Shown piece by piece: positions 38,628 to 48,660 of a stretch of DNA of 64,000 bases. Every line of letters starts with the position of its first letter. The first letter of the stretch is position 1. This stretch comes from Vicinamibacteria bacterium (GTDB taxonomy: Bacteria > Acidobacteriota > Vicinamibacteria > Marinacidobacterales > Marinacidobacteraceae), in contig OY821641.1 of assembly GCA_963555995.3 (NCBI GenBank), positions 3,680,001 to 3,744,000 of the forward strand, given 5' to 3'. The translations under genes and the position numbers were made by a program. The notes under the pieces are model-generated. The model searched no databases. It had not been told where the DNA came from and saw only the letters and a program-made list of their open reading frames with translations.

Positions 38628-39749
38628 GTGATAGACCTCTTCAAGGACCTCGTCAACTGGGCTTCGGGGCCCACGGTCCTGTTCACGATCGCGACGCTCG
38701 GCCTCCTGGCTGCCTTTCGCTTCACCCAGGTCTGGAGCAAGACCTCGGCGAAGGTGTTCTTCGTGGTCCTCGCGGTGTTCTACACCGCGAGCATGTGGGA
38801 CCCCGACTTCTTCCTGATCGTCGCGAAGCCCGACAACATCCCGATCACCGGGGTCATCTTCCTGGTCTTCTTCTTCACCTGGTACGCGATGCACCAGGGG
38901 ATCCAGAACGACCGGCGGAGCGCGGGCGAGGAAGAGGTCCTCGAGAAACAGGAGTCCGAAAAGGTCTGGGTGTGGCCCGATCTCGTCTACACCGAGATGC
39001 TCGCGATGGTGCTGCTCAGCATCGTGCTGCTGGTGTGGTCCATCCTGCTGGCGGCGCCGCTGGAGCAGCCGGCGAACCCGGCCGACTCTCCCAATCCCTC
39101 GAAGGCGCCCTGGTACTTCCTCGGGCTCCAGGAGATGCTGGTCTATTTCGACCCCTGGCTCGCCGGCGTGGTCTTCCCCACGCTGATCATCGTGGGGCTG
39201 ATGGCGATTCCCTACATCGACACGAACCCGAAGGGGAACGGCTACTTCACCTTCAGGGAGCGGAAGGCCGAGATCGTCATCTTCCTGTTCGGCTTCCTGA
39301 TCCTCTGGTGCCTGCTGGTGGTCTCGGGCACCTTCCTGCGGGGGCCCAACTGGAACTTCTTCGGCCCCTACGAGTACTGGGACGTCCACCGGGTGGAGCC
39401 GCTGCTGAACGTCAACGTCTCCGACTTCTTCTGGGTGAAGCTGCTCGGGCGTCCGCTGCCCACGGGCGGGTTCTTCGCCGCGCTCATGCGGGAATGGCTC
39501 GGCATCCTGATGGTGGGGGCCTACCTGTTCGTGCTTCCGGTGGTCATGTCGTGGCCGAGGGACCGGTTCCCCACCGGGTTCAAGTGGCTGAGCTGCCACC
39601 ACTACTTCGAAAAGATGGGCGCCACCCGCTACTACATCGGCGTCAGCCTCTTCCTGATGATGATGAGCCTGCCGATCAAGATGTACCTGCGGTGGGCTTT
39701 CAACCTGAAGTACATCGTCGCCTTCCCCGAAATTTTCTTCAACATCTAG
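38628..39749 (+). CDS. Cytochrome b C-terminal / subunit IV-like membrane protein with extra helices
   Basis: WPDL, APLEQPANP..PNPSKAPWYFLGLQE (PEWY equivalent), PYID. Confidence 0.85.
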   Translation: MIDLFKDLVNWASGPTVLFTIATLGLLAAFRFTQVWSKTSAKVFFVVLAVFYTASMWDPDFFLIVAKPDNIPITGVIFLVFFFTWYAMHQGIQNDRRSAGEEEVLEKQESEKVWVWPDLVYTEMLAMVLLSIVLLVWSILLAAPLEQPANPADSPNPSKAPWYFLGLQEMLVYFDPWLAGVVFPTLIIVGLMAIPYIDTNPKGNGYFTFRERKAEIVIFLFGFLILWCLLVVSGTFLRGPNWNFFGPYEYWDVHRVEPLLNVNVSDFFWVKLLGRPLPTGGFFAALMREWLGILMVGAYLFVLPVVMSWPRDRFPTGFKWLSCHHYFEKMGATRYYIGVSLFLMMMSLPIKMYLRWAFNLKYIVAFPEIFFNI

Positions 39750-39759
39750 GCAACCACCC

Positions 39760-42567
39760 GTGTCCAAAGTCGCTCCCGGTCACGCCCACAACATCTCGAA
39801 GCTGAATGTCATCTTCGCGGTTTCGAGCGTCTTCCTCCTGTTCTCGACGCTCTGGATGATCTGGTTCGACTACTCGCGCGAGTGGAAGGGTTTCCAGCGG
39901 CAGTTCGTCCAGATGGAGCGCGACCTCACCGCGCGGCAGATCCAGGAGGCGCAGCAGGGGATCAACCAGGCGGACCTGCAGCGCGTTCAAGGCGAACTCC
40001 AGCAGGCCCGGACCGCCCTCGCCGCCGAGCAGGCCGCGCTCGAAGCCCTCGAAACGGAGATCGCGGACCTCGACACCCGCCGGACGCTGGCGGACATCCG
40101 CGAGCGCGAGATCAAGGCGGTTTACGACTCCGACAAGTTCTACTACGAGGAGACCCGCGAGCGCGGCACGCCGCTCGGCAGGGCGGTCAGCGACGACGAG
40201 TTCCAGGCGCTCGAAGCGAGCTTCTTCGCCGCGCGCGACGTCCGGGTGGCCCTCGACTTCGACCTCACCGAGAAGCGGGCGGAACTGCGCGGCCGGCGAT
40301 CCAGCGTGACGGAACTGGCCGGAACCATGGAGGAGTTGACCCAGGCGGTGACGCTCGCCCGCAACAAGCTCGACAGCCTGGCTCCCAGCTTCCCGAACAC
40401 CTTCCGCAACCTTCCCGTCGTGGACTTCATTGACCCCTCCATCGAGGTCCGGCAGGTGCTCGTGCGGAACGTCACCGAGGAACTCAACTTCGCCCAGGTG
40501 CCGCGGATTGATCGCTGCCAGACCTGTCACCTTGGGATTGACAACCCCGACTACGCGGACGCGCCCCAGCCCTTCACCACGCACCCGAACCTGGACATCT
40601 TCGTCAGTCGCGAGTCCAACCACCCGGTGGACGACTTCGGTTGCACCTCCTGCCACCTCGGACGGGGACGCAAGCTGAGTTTCAGCGGGGCGACCCACAT
40701 GCCCGAGTCGGTCGAGGAAGAACACGCGTGGATGGAGCAGTACGGCTGGAAGGAAGACCACTACTGGGACAACCCGATGTACCAGGCGAACCTCACGGAA
40801 GCGGGCTGCATCAAGTGTCACCGCGACCAGGTCTTCATTCCCGGAGCGCAGCAGCTCAACCAGAGCCGGATGACCTATGAACTCTCCGGCTGCTGGGGAT
40901 GTCACAACACGGCCGGTTACGAGGACAAGCGGAACCGGGGACCGTCGCTCAAGCGGATCGCCCACAAGACCGACCGCGACTTCGTGGCGCGCTGGGTACG
41001 GGATCCGAAGGCGTTCCGGCAGTCCACCTGGATGCCGACCTTCTGGAATCTGGAGAACAACCCGGACTCCGAACTCCGGGCTCGCAACGACACCGAGGTC
41101 GCGGCGATCGTGGAGTACGTCTTCGAGCATTCGACCGACGACGCCGACTACCCCGCGCCCCCGCGCGGGAACGCGGAACGCGGCGAGGCGCTGGTGAACG
41201 AGATCGGCTGCCTCGGGTGCCACCTCACCGACGAGAACGGGTACGACCAGGCGAGCATCTATCGGCGCCGGGGCCCGGCGCTCGTCGGTACCGGCACCAA
41301 GCTCGACGCGGGCTTCGTCTTCGAGTGGGTACGGAACCCGCGGCACTACTGGGAAGAGACCTACATGCCGGACCTCCGGCTCACCGACCAGGAGGCTGCC
41401 GACATCACCGCCTGGCTCATGGGGCTCGAAGCGAACGAGTTCGCTTCGGCGGCGGTTCCGCAGGCGGACGCCGGCGAACTCGACGAGCTGACCCGCGAGT
41501 TCCTGCGTACCAGCCTCCCGGATGCGATGGCCGCCGAGCGTCTCGCCGGGATGTCGGAGCGGGACAAGCTGCTCTTCTCGGGTGAATGGCTGATTCGCCG
41601 CCACGGCTGCTTCGGCTGCCACGAGATCGGCGGCTTCGAGGACGCCCAGAAGATCGGCGTGGACCTCTCGACGTGGGGATCCAAGATGGTCACCCGGCTG
41701 GACTTCGGCTACATCGACATCCCGCACACGCGCCAGGCCTGGCTGGAGCAGAAGCTCGCCCACCCCCGCAGCTACGACCGGGGGAAGGTGAAGAGCCCGG
41801 CCGAGAAACTGCGCATGCCGCAGTTCGGTTTCAGCGACGGTGACCGGCAGCACATCGTGCGGAACGTGCTGGGCCTCGTGCGCGACGAGTTCCCGCAGGA
41901 GGGCACCAAGACGCTCTCCGCGGCCGAGGCGGTCGCCGAGCAGGCCCGCCACCTCATCCACAACTACAACTGCCGCGGCTGCCACCTCATTGACGGCGTC
42001 GGCGGCGGGATCTACGAAACCATCGAAGACACCGGAATGCGCCCGCCCAACCTGAACACCCAAGGCAGCCGGACGCAGGCGGACTGGCTCTACCACTTCC
42101 TCGCGGACCCCACCGAGGTGCGGTTCTGGATGAACGTCCGGATGCCGAGCTTCAACTTCACCAACGAGGAATCCAACACCCTGATCTCCGGGTTCCTCGC
42201 CATGGACGGCGCCCAGCCCTTCGACGAGGAGCAGGAACGGGTGTACGACCGCGCCGAACTGCGGGTGGGCGCCCAGCTCCTCGACCAGCTCCAGTGCGAG
42301 CGCTGTCACATCGCCGCCGCCGCCGGCACCATGGAGGCGTCGCAGCTCGCCCCGTCCTTCCGCCTCTCGGGGGAACGGCTCACCCACGACTGGATCGTGG
42401 ACTGGATGCTCGATCCGCAGGCGATCACCCCGGGAACCCAGATGCCGCAGTTCTGGCCGACCGATCAGCAGGGCAACCGGCTGACGCCGCTGCCGGACGT
42501 GCTGGACGGCGACCCGATGGCGCAGATGCGCGCGGTGGCGTCGTACCTGATGAACTACGACCGCTGA
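39760..42567 (+). CDS. Membrane-anchored multiheme cytochrome c (8 CxxCH)
   Basis: CQTCH, CTSCH, CIKCH, CWGCH, CLGCH, CFGCH, CRGCH, CERCH; N-terminal TM and coiled coil. Confidence 0.9.
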   Translation: MSKVAPGHAHNISKLNVIFAVSSVFLLFSTLWMIWFDYSREWKGFQRQFVQMERDLTARQIQEAQQGINQADLQRVQGELQQARTALAAEQAALEALETEIADLDTRRTLADIREREIKAVYDSDKFYYEETRERGTPLGRAVSDDEFQALEASFFAARDVRVALDFDLTEKRAELRGRRSSVTELAGTMEELTQAVTLARNKLDSLAPSFPNTFRNLPVVDFIDPSIEVRQVLVRNVTEELNFAQVPRIDRCQTCHLGIDNPDYADAPQPFTTHPNLDIFVSRESNHPVDDFGCTSCHLGRGRKLSFSGATHMPESVEEEHAWMEQYGWKEDHYWDNPMYQANLTEAGCIKCHRDQVFIPGAQQLNQSRMTYELSGCWGCHNTAGYEDKRNRGPSLKRIAHKTDRDFVARWVRDPKAFRQSTWMPTFWNLENNPDSELRARNDTEVAAIVEYVFEHSTDDADYPAPPRGNAERGEALVNEIGCLGCHLTDENGYDQASIYRRRGPALVGTGTKLDAGFVFEWVRNPRHYWEETYMPDLRLTDQEAADITAWLMGLEANEFASAAVPQADAGELDELTREFLRTSLPDAMAAERLAGMSERDKLLFSGEWLIRRHGCFGCHEIGGFEDAQKIGVDLSTWGSKMVTRLDFGYIDIPHTRQAWLEQKLAHPRSYDRGKVKSPAEKLRMPQFGFSDGDRQHIVRNVLGLVRDEFPQEGTKTLSAAEAVAEQARHLIHNYNCRGCHLIDGVGGGIYETIEDTGMRPPNLNTQGSRTQADWLYHFLADPTEVRFWMNVRMPSFNFTNEESNTLISGFLAMDGAQPFDEEQERVYDRAELRVGAQLLDQLQCERCHIAAAAGTMEASQLAPSFRLSGERLTHDWIVDWMLDPQAITPGTQMPQFWPTDQQGNRLTPLPDVLDGDPMAQMRAVASYLMNYDR

Positions 42568-42650
42568 TCGCTTGGGATCCCTGATCGAAGCCGCACCGGA
42601 ACGCCTCAGCCTCGGCGCGTTCCGCCAGTAAACCCCAGGAGAAACACCAG

Positions 42651-43520
42651 ATGGCCGATGAACCGAAGGGAAGCCGCGGAAGTCTTCAGGGGATCGCCAT
42701 GGCGGTCGTCATCTGGGCCATCGTGGTGCTCTCGTCGCTCTACTACGTTCGCTACGGGGTGCCCGAACTGGCGTCTGATCGCGGCTATCTGGACAGCCTC
42801 TACTACGTGATCCTCGGGATCACCGGGGCCGCCTACATCCTGTACCAGCTCGCGCTCGGCTACGTCATCTACCGGTACCGCGGCGACCGGCCCGGCGCCG
42901 AGTCGAGCTACTGGCACGAGAGCCACAAGCTCGAGCTCACCTGGACGATCGGAACCGCGGCCATCATGATCCCGATCGTCTTCACCGGCCTGATCTACTG
43001 GGACCGGGTGAAGGGCCCGGCGCCGGAGGATGCGGTGACCGTGATGGCCGTCGGGGCGCAGTTCCAGTGGGACTTCCACTATCCGGGGGCGGATGGCGAG
43101 TTCGGCCGCTTCGACCCCACGCTCTACGCCATTGACAACCAGATCGGGCTCGACGAGACGGATCCGGCGGCGGCGGACGACTGGGTGCTCACCAACCAAC
43201 TGGTCATCCCGGTGAATCGTCCGACGCGCATCCTGATGCGGTCGAAGGACGTCCAGCACGCCATCTTCCTTCCCAACTTCCGCGTGAAGCAGGACCTGGT
43301 CCCGGGCATGACCACCGAGGTCTGGTTCACCCCGGTCAAGACCGGGAGCTACGAGGTGGCGTGCGCCGAGCTCTGCGGACTCGGTCACTACCGGATGCGC
43401 GCCTTCCTCGAGGTGATGGAAGAGGCCGACTACCGGCAGTGGCTGAGCGACAACGCGCCGGCCGCGGTGGCCGATGCGGCGGACCCGGCGCCGGAGGCCC
43501 CGTCCGCCTCGGCGGAATAG
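42651..43520 (+). CDS. coxB: Cytochrome c oxidase subunit II
   Basis: LELTWT, QFQWDF, DVQH, CAELCGLGHYRM (CuA). Confidence 0.94.
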   Translation: MADEPKGSRGSLQGIAMAVVIWAIVVLSSLYYVRYGVPELASDRGYLDSLYYVILGITGAAYILYQLALGYVIYRYRGDRPGAESSYWHESHKLELTWTIGTAAIMIPIVFTGLIYWDRVKGPAPEDAVTVMAVGAQFQWDFHYPGADGEFGRFDPTLYAIDNQIGLDETDPAAADDWVLTNQLVIPVNRPTRILMRSKDVQHAIFLPNFRVKQDLVPGMTTEVWFTPVKTGSYEVACAELCGLGHYRMRAFLEVMEEADYRQWLSDNAPAAVADAADPAPEAPSASAE

Positions 43521-43580
43521 GCGAAGCGGCGAGCAGGCGAACGAAGAAGCGGATCCCCCCAAGCACTACGGAGTAAAGCG

Positions 43581-45305
43581 ATGGAGCACGAAAAGCAAGG
43601 CTTCGTGAGCAAGTACATCTTCAGCTTCGATCACAAGATGATCGGCAAGCAGTACTTCACGCTCGCGATGAGCATGGGGTTCATCGGCGGGATCCTGGCG
43701 GTGCTGATCCGCCTCCAGCTCGGCTTCCCGTCGCAACCCTGGCCCTTCCTCGAGAACCTGTTTCCCGTCGGCATGGCCAGCGGGATCATGACCCCGGAGT
43801 TCTACGTCTCGCTGTTCACCATGCACGGGACGATCATGGTGTTCTTCCTGCTCTCGCTGCTCCCCGTCAGCGGTTTCGGGAACTTCCTGATTCCCCTCCA
43901 GATCGGGGCGCGGGACATGGCGTTCCCGTTCCTGAACATGCTGTCGTTCTGGACCGTGGTGCCCGGGGCGATCATCATCATCATCTCCTTCTTCGTGGAG
44001 GGCGGCGCCGCGGCCTCGGGCTGGACGGCCTACCCACCGCTCTCGGCGATCCGCAGCGCCATCCCAGGATCGGACGCCGGTCAGACCCTGTGGCTGGTCG
44101 GGATGATTTTCTTCGTGGCCTCGTTCACCATGGGCGGCCTCAACTTCGTGGTGACGATCCTGAACCTCAGGACGAAGGGGCTCCGGATGATGCGGATGCC
44201 GCTCACCACCTGGGCCCAGTTCGTGGTCGGCATCCTGGGCCTGCTGTCCTTCCCCGCGCTCGCCGCGGGCGCCCTGCTGCTGACCTTCGACCGTTCGCTC
44301 GGGACCAGCTTCTTCCTCCCGGCGGGCATCTTCATCGGCGACACGCTGATGCCCCACGAGGGCGGCACGCCGCTGCTCTGGCAGCACCTCTTCTGGTTCC
44401 TCGGCCACCCCGAGGTCTACATCATCATGCTGCCGGCCATGGGGTTCACCTCGGACATCCTGGCCACCTTCTGCCGCCGGCCCATCTTCGGCTACCGCTC
44501 GATGGTGTACGCCATCATGGCGATCGGCACCCTCAGCTTCCTCGTCTGGGGCCACCACATGTTCGTGAGCGGGATGAGCCCGTTCCTCGGCAGCCTCTTC
44601 GTGGTGACGACGCTCGCGATCGCCATCCCCTCGGCGGTGAAGGCGTTCAATTGGCTGTTCACGATCGCGCGAGCGAGGATTCAGTTCACGAGCGCCTCCC
44701 TGTTCGGGCTGGGCGTGGTGTCGCTGTTCGTGACCGGCGGCCTGACCGGCATCTTTCTGGGCACGAACGCCGTTGACATCCAGTTGCACGACACCTACTT
44801 CGTCGTCGGGCACTTTCACTTCATCATGGCGGGCGCCGGGCTCTTCGGCGCCTTCGGGGCGGTCTACTACTGGTATCCCAAGATGTTCGGGAGGATGTTG
44901 AGCGAGCGTCTCGGGAAGATCCACTTCTGGATCACGTTCGTCGCCTACTACGCGGTGTTCTTCCCGATGCACTACCTCGGCGTCTCGGGAATGATGCGCC
45001 GCATCTACGACCCGAACGTCTATGAGTACCTGCAGCCGCTCCAGCCGGTGAACCTCTTCATCACGATCTCCGCCTTCGTGCTGTTCGCCGGGCAGTTGAT
45101 CTTCATCTACAACTACTTCGCCAGCATGCGGACCGGCGCCCCGGCCACCGCCAACCCGTGGAACGCGGCCGGGCTCGAGTGGTCCACGCCGCCCCATCCC
45201 GGACACGGCAACTGGGAGGGCGAGATCCCGCCGGCCCACCGCTGGCCCTACGACTATTCCGAACCCGGCAAGAAGCGCGACTTCACGCCGCAGTGGGAGG
45301 CCTGA
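43581..45305 (+). CDS. coxA: Cytochrome c oxidase subunit I, type A1
   Basis: DHKMIG, TMHG, WFLGHPEVY, WGHH, HDTYFVVGHFH. Confidence 0.96.
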   Translation: MEHEKQGFVSKYIFSFDHKMIGKQYFTLAMSMGFIGGILAVLIRLQLGFPSQPWPFLENLFPVGMASGIMTPEFYVSLFTMHGTIMVFFLLSLLPVSGFGNFLIPLQIGARDMAFPFLNMLSFWTVVPGAIIIIISFFVEGGAAASGWTAYPPLSAIRSAIPGSDAGQTLWLVGMIFFVASFTMGGLNFVVTILNLRTKGLRMMRMPLTTWAQFVVGILGLLSFPALAAGALLLTFDRSLGTSFFLPAGIFIGDTLMPHEGGTPLLWQHLFWFLGHPEVYIIMLPAMGFTSDILATFCRRPIFGYRSMVYAIMAIGTLSFLVWGHHMFVSGMSPFLGSLFVVTTLAIAIPSAVKAFNWLFTIARARIQFTSASLFGLGVVSLFVTGGLTGIFLGTNAVDIQLHDTYFVVGHFHFIMAGAGLFGAFGAVYYWYPKMFGRMLSERLGKIHFWITFVAYYAVFFPMHYLGVSGMMRRIYDPNVYEYLQPLQPVNLFITISAFVLFAGQLIFIYNYFASMRTGAPATANPWNAAGLEWSTPPHPGHGNWEGEIPPAHRWPYDYSEPGKKRDFTPQWEA

Positions 45306-45321
45306 TCCGGCTTCCCGGAGG

Positions 45322-45927
45322 ATGACCAAGGTGAGTTCCTGGACGGCCGGAGCCGCGGCGCCCATAGACGCGGCGCGGACCTCGTCCGACCGCCGCCACA
45401 TCAACCGGCTCGGTCTGCTCGTGGGCCTCGGCGGGATCACGATGCTGTTCGCGGCCTTCACCTCGGCCTACATCGTGCGGAGCGGGGGCGGGGACTGGGC
45501 GGCCCTCGAACTCCCTCCGGTCCTCTGGATGAGCACGGCGCTGATCGCCGCCAGCTCGCTCACGCTCGAGTTGGCCCGCCGGGCCTTCCAGCGCGGCAGC
45601 CTCCCGTCCTTCCGGTCGTGGAGCGCCGCGACCGCGGCGCTCGGGACCGGTTTCCTGGCCAGCCAGTACGCCGCCTGGCTGTCGCTGAACGCAGCCGGGA
45701 TCTACCTCCAGAGCCACCCGAAGAGTTCCTTCTTCTTCGTGTTGACCGGGGTCCACGCCGTCCACCTGCTCGCCGGTGTCGTGGCGCTGCTCGCGCTGTT
45801 CGGGCTGGCCGCCGCCGGCCGGCTCGTCCCCGGGCGTTCGGACGCGCCCACCCTGACCGCCATCTACTGGCATTTCGTAGGCGGCCTGTGGATCTATCTG
45901 CTGGCCGTACTGTCTCTTCTCGGCTGA
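45322..45927 (+). CDS. Cytochrome c oxidase subunit III (first)
   Basis: FAAFTSAY, TGVHAVH, YWHFV. Confidence 0.85.
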   Translation: MTKVSSWTAGAAAPIDAARTSSDRRHINRLGLLVGLGGITMLFAAFTSAYIVRSGGGDWAALELPPVLWMSTALIAASSLTLELARRAFQRGSLPSFRSWSAATAALGTGFLASQYAAWLSLNAAGIYLQSHPKSSFFFVLTGVHAVHLLAGVVALLALFGLAAAGRLVPGRSDAPTLTAIYWHFVGGLWIYLLAVLSLLG

Positions 45928-45988
45928 TGTCCCCACTCGGATTTCCTGTTCGGAAACGTGACGTGAGCCGACAAGGAGAGGAGGACGC

Positions 45989-46594
45989 ATGAGCCAGACC
46001 GCGATTGCCCAGGCGGACTGGGGGGGCGGCGCCAGCCCCTTCGGTGTGACCTGGCAGAAGATGATGATGTGGTTCTTCATCGTCACCGATGCGCTGCTGT
46101 TCGCGGGCCTGCTGGTCAGCTACGGCGTGGTGCGGATTGCCACCGGCGACTGGCCGACGCAGAGCGAGGTCTTCAGCCTCACCTACATCGCGATCATGAC
46201 GTTCGTGCTGATCACCTCGTCGGCGACCATGGCGTGCGGGGTGAAGGCGGCCGAGCTCGGGCGCCCGGCGCGGGCCGCCCAGTTCGTCTGGCTCACCATC
46301 CTCGGCGGGTTCATCTTCCTCGGGATGCAGGCCTACGAGTGGTCCGTGTTCATCCACGAGGGCGGCGGCATCACCGGCAACCCGTGGGGCTCGCCCACCT
46401 TCAGCCAGTTCTTCTTCATCATCACCGGCTTCCACGGTTTCCACGTCCTCACCGGCGTGACCGTGCTGCTGGTGGTGGCGGTCCGCGCCGCCATGGGCCG
46501 CTATTCCCCCGCCGGCGTGGAGAACGCCGGCCTCTACTGGCACTTCGTGGACCTGGTCTGGGTCTTCGTCTTCGCCCTCTTCTACCTGGTCTAG
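45989..46594 (+). CDS. Cytochrome c oxidase subunit III (second)
   Basis: KMMMWFFIVTD, TGFHGFHV, GLYWHFVDLVW. Confidence 0.88.
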   Translation: MSQTAIAQADWGGGASPFGVTWQKMMMWFFIVTDALLFAGLLVSYGVVRIATGDWPTQSEVFSLTYIAIMTFVLITSSATMACGVKAAELGRPARAAQFVWLTILGGFIFLGMQAYEWSVFIHEGGGITGNPWGSPTFSQFFFIITGFHGFHVLTGVTVLLVVAVRAAMGRYSPAGVENAGLYWHFVDLVWVFVFALFYLV

Positions 46595-46604
46595 GAGAAG
46601 CCAA

Positions 46605-46922
46605 GTGTCCAGCGACGCCCATCCCTACCGCTTCTACTGGCTCCTCTGGGTCGTGCTCCTCGCCGTCACCCTCCTCATGATCGCCATCGAGGGAGCCAAC
46701 CTCCCCGCCGCCCTGGCGGTCCTCGTCCTGCTCTTCGGATCGGCGATCAAGGCGACCCTCATCATCTTCTACTACATGCACCTGAAGTTCGAGCACATGG
46801 GTCTGATCATGACGGTGCTGGTCGGCCTGTTCGTCACCGCCATCCTGATGTTCGTGCTCCCGGCCTACGACGGCGGCCACATTCTCGAATCGTGGCAAAG
46901 CCTCAAGGAGTACTCGGGCTGA
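46605..46922 (+). CDS. Cytochrome c oxidase subunit IV (CtaF/Cox4_pro)
   Basis: Three TM helices; KATLI..YYMHLKFE. Confidence 0.85.
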   Translation: MSSDAHPYRFYWLLWVVLLAVTLLMIAIEGANLPAALAVLVLLFGSAIKATLIIFYYMHLKFEHMGLIMTVLVGLFVTAILMFVLPAYDGGHILESWQSLKEYSG

Positions 46923-46927
46923 CCGCG

Positions 46928-47227
46928 ATGTCCCGTTCCGGTCTCCTCGTCCTGATCGCGGTGGCGCTGCTCGCGCTGTTGTCCTCCGACGCGGCCGCCC
47001 AATGCTCCATGTGCCGGACCGCGCTCGAGCAGAACGAGGAGGCGGCGGCCGGCTTCAACCGGGCCATCCTGTTCCTGCTGGTGATGCCCTACGCGGTCTT
47101 CGCCTCCGGCGCCGGCTACGTGCTGGTGACGCGCCGGAGACGCGCGCGGCAGTCCGCCGCCACGGCAGCTCCGGAAGTCCGCGCCGAACTGCTTCCCGCT
47201 GACGATCCGATCGGCGCCACGTCCTGA
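46928..47227 (+). CDS. Small membrane protein with AQCSMC motif
   Basis: Signal peptide AAA-QCSMC, then GFNRAILFLLVMPY TM helix; last gene of the oxidase cluster. Confidence 0.7.
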   Translation: MSRSGLLVLIAVALLALLSSDAAAQCSMCRTALEQNEEAAAGFNRAILFLLVMPYAVFASGAGYVLVTRRRRARQSAATAAPEVRAELLPADDPIGATS

Positions 47228-47237
47228 CCACGCCGAG

Positions 47238-47303
47238 TCACTCCTCGCCCGGGATCGCGTAGTAGCCGTTCCGGGTCCGGGTCGTCAGGTCCCGGCGCCC
47301 GCG
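47238..47303 (-). pseudogene. Diverged duplicate of the last 21 codons plus stop of the VWA gene
   Basis: RGRRDLTTRTRNGYYAIPGEE* vs RGRRDLLARTRNGYYAFPSEE*; 53/66 nt identical. Confidence 0.8.
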
Positions 47304-47354
47304 GCTTGGAACGCCGGTCTCCAGACCGGCACGCGCGGCGCTCCGCGCCGCGCA
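47303..47354 (+). repeat. REP-like element, copy 5
   Basis: Consensus with compensatory second hairpin GCGCGGCGC-TCC-GCGCCGCGC. Confidence 0.85.
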
Positions 47355-47455
47355 CAGCGCAGCCCCACCCACCCCAAGAGCTTGCATGGTTTGGCCCGGA
47401 TGCCCCCGGGCCGGCACCCGGCCCGCTCTCAAGCCCGGGTATCGCGGGCTTTCGG

Positions 47456-48400
47456 CTACTCCTCGCTCGGGAATGCGTAGTAGCCGTTCCGGGTTCTAGC
47501 CAGCAGGTCGCGGCGCCCCCGGACCGACACCTCGATCTCGCGCCACTCGCCCTCCCGCTCCGCCTCTCGCGGGACGTAGCCCAGCCGGTACTGGGCGTGC
47601 ATGTCCGCCTCGATCCGGGCGAAGCTGCCGATGAGATCGCCGGTCCGCTCCGGGAAGAGCGCCTGACCGCCGGTTTCTTCCGTGAGCCGGCGCAGGAACC
47701 GCTTGTTGACCCGGGCGCCGTTTCCTTCGAACCCGATGGCGTAGACGACGGCGTCCGTGAGCCGGGCGGCCTCGATGGCGTCCCCGGCGCCCATCTCGCT
47801 CCCGAAGCCCATGCTCCGCGAGTCGTCGCCGTCGGTGAAGATCAGGAGCGCCTTCCGGTCCCCGTCGGCGAAATGGAGCCGCTCGAGGGCCATGATCGAG
47901 GCGTCGTAGAGCGCGGTCGGCCCAAGCGGGTTGAGGGCCATGATGTTGGCAGTGAGCCGGAAGCGGTCGTCAGTGAACTCGCCCCCGAACCGGACCCGGT
48001 CGTTGAACTCGCCGATCATCGCGACGTCGCCCTCCCACAACCGGTCCACGAAGGTGGCGGCGGCTTCCTTCACGTAGTCGAGGCTCACCCTCATGCTCAG
48101 GGAGGCGTCGAGCAGCACCAGGATCGTGAGCGGGGCCGCCTCGGCCGCGAAGAAGCTGATCTGCTGGGGAACTCCGTCCTCGCGAACCACGAAATCGTCG
48201 GCGGTCAGACCGGAGACGAAGCGCCCGCGCTCGTCGCTGACCGCCACCCCCAGGTTGACCGCCTCCACCTGCACCTGGATGCGGAAGGGGTCCTGAGTCT
48301 GACGGACCGCCGCGGCCGCGAGAGTCCCCAGGATGGCCGCGGAGAGAGCCGCGGCCAGACCTGGCGCCGCGTTTCGGCGTATCCACCGGGACGTTCGCAA
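47456..48400 (-). CDS. VWA domain protein (Acidobacterial VWFA-related)
   Basis: VSDERGRFVSGL..DF..EDG, LLDASLSM (MIDAS), TALYD, TDGDD, QYRLGY, RNGYY; TTG start with GAGGGG RBS. Confidence 0.88.
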   Translation of the reverse strand: MRTSRWIRRNAAPGLAAALSAAILGTLAAAAVRQTQDPFRIQVQVEAVNLGVAVSDERGRFVSGLTADDFVVREDGVPQQISFFAAEAAPLTILVLLDASLSMRVSLDYVKEAAATFVDRLWEGDVAMIGEFNDRVRFGGEFTDDRFRLTANIMALNPLGPTALYDASIMALERLHFADGDRKALLIFTDGDDSRSMGFGSEMGAGDAIEAARLTDAVVYAIGFEGNGARVNKRFLRRLTEETGGQALFPERTGDLIGSFARIEADMHAQYRLGYVPREAEREGEWREIEVSVRGRRDLLARTRNGYYAFPSEE

Positions 48401-48660
48401 AGTTCCCCTCGACTCCGGGTATTTTGTCTCGCGGAAGGGGTCCGTGGTTGATGGACCCCGTGGGCCGTCTGTTTGGTCCGGATTCGAGATCAAGACAGGC
48501 TCCAAGACCCGCGGGCTGCTACAATTCCCGGCTCGAATCGGGGCGAAACCGCCCCACCGAGTCGGTTTCCCGGCTGTCAGTTGCGGCCCGAGTCTGTCAG
48601 GCCCACCGGTTGCGGACCGCGGTTCATTCCCCTGCCCACGGAACGGAGGTTCCCCGCAAG

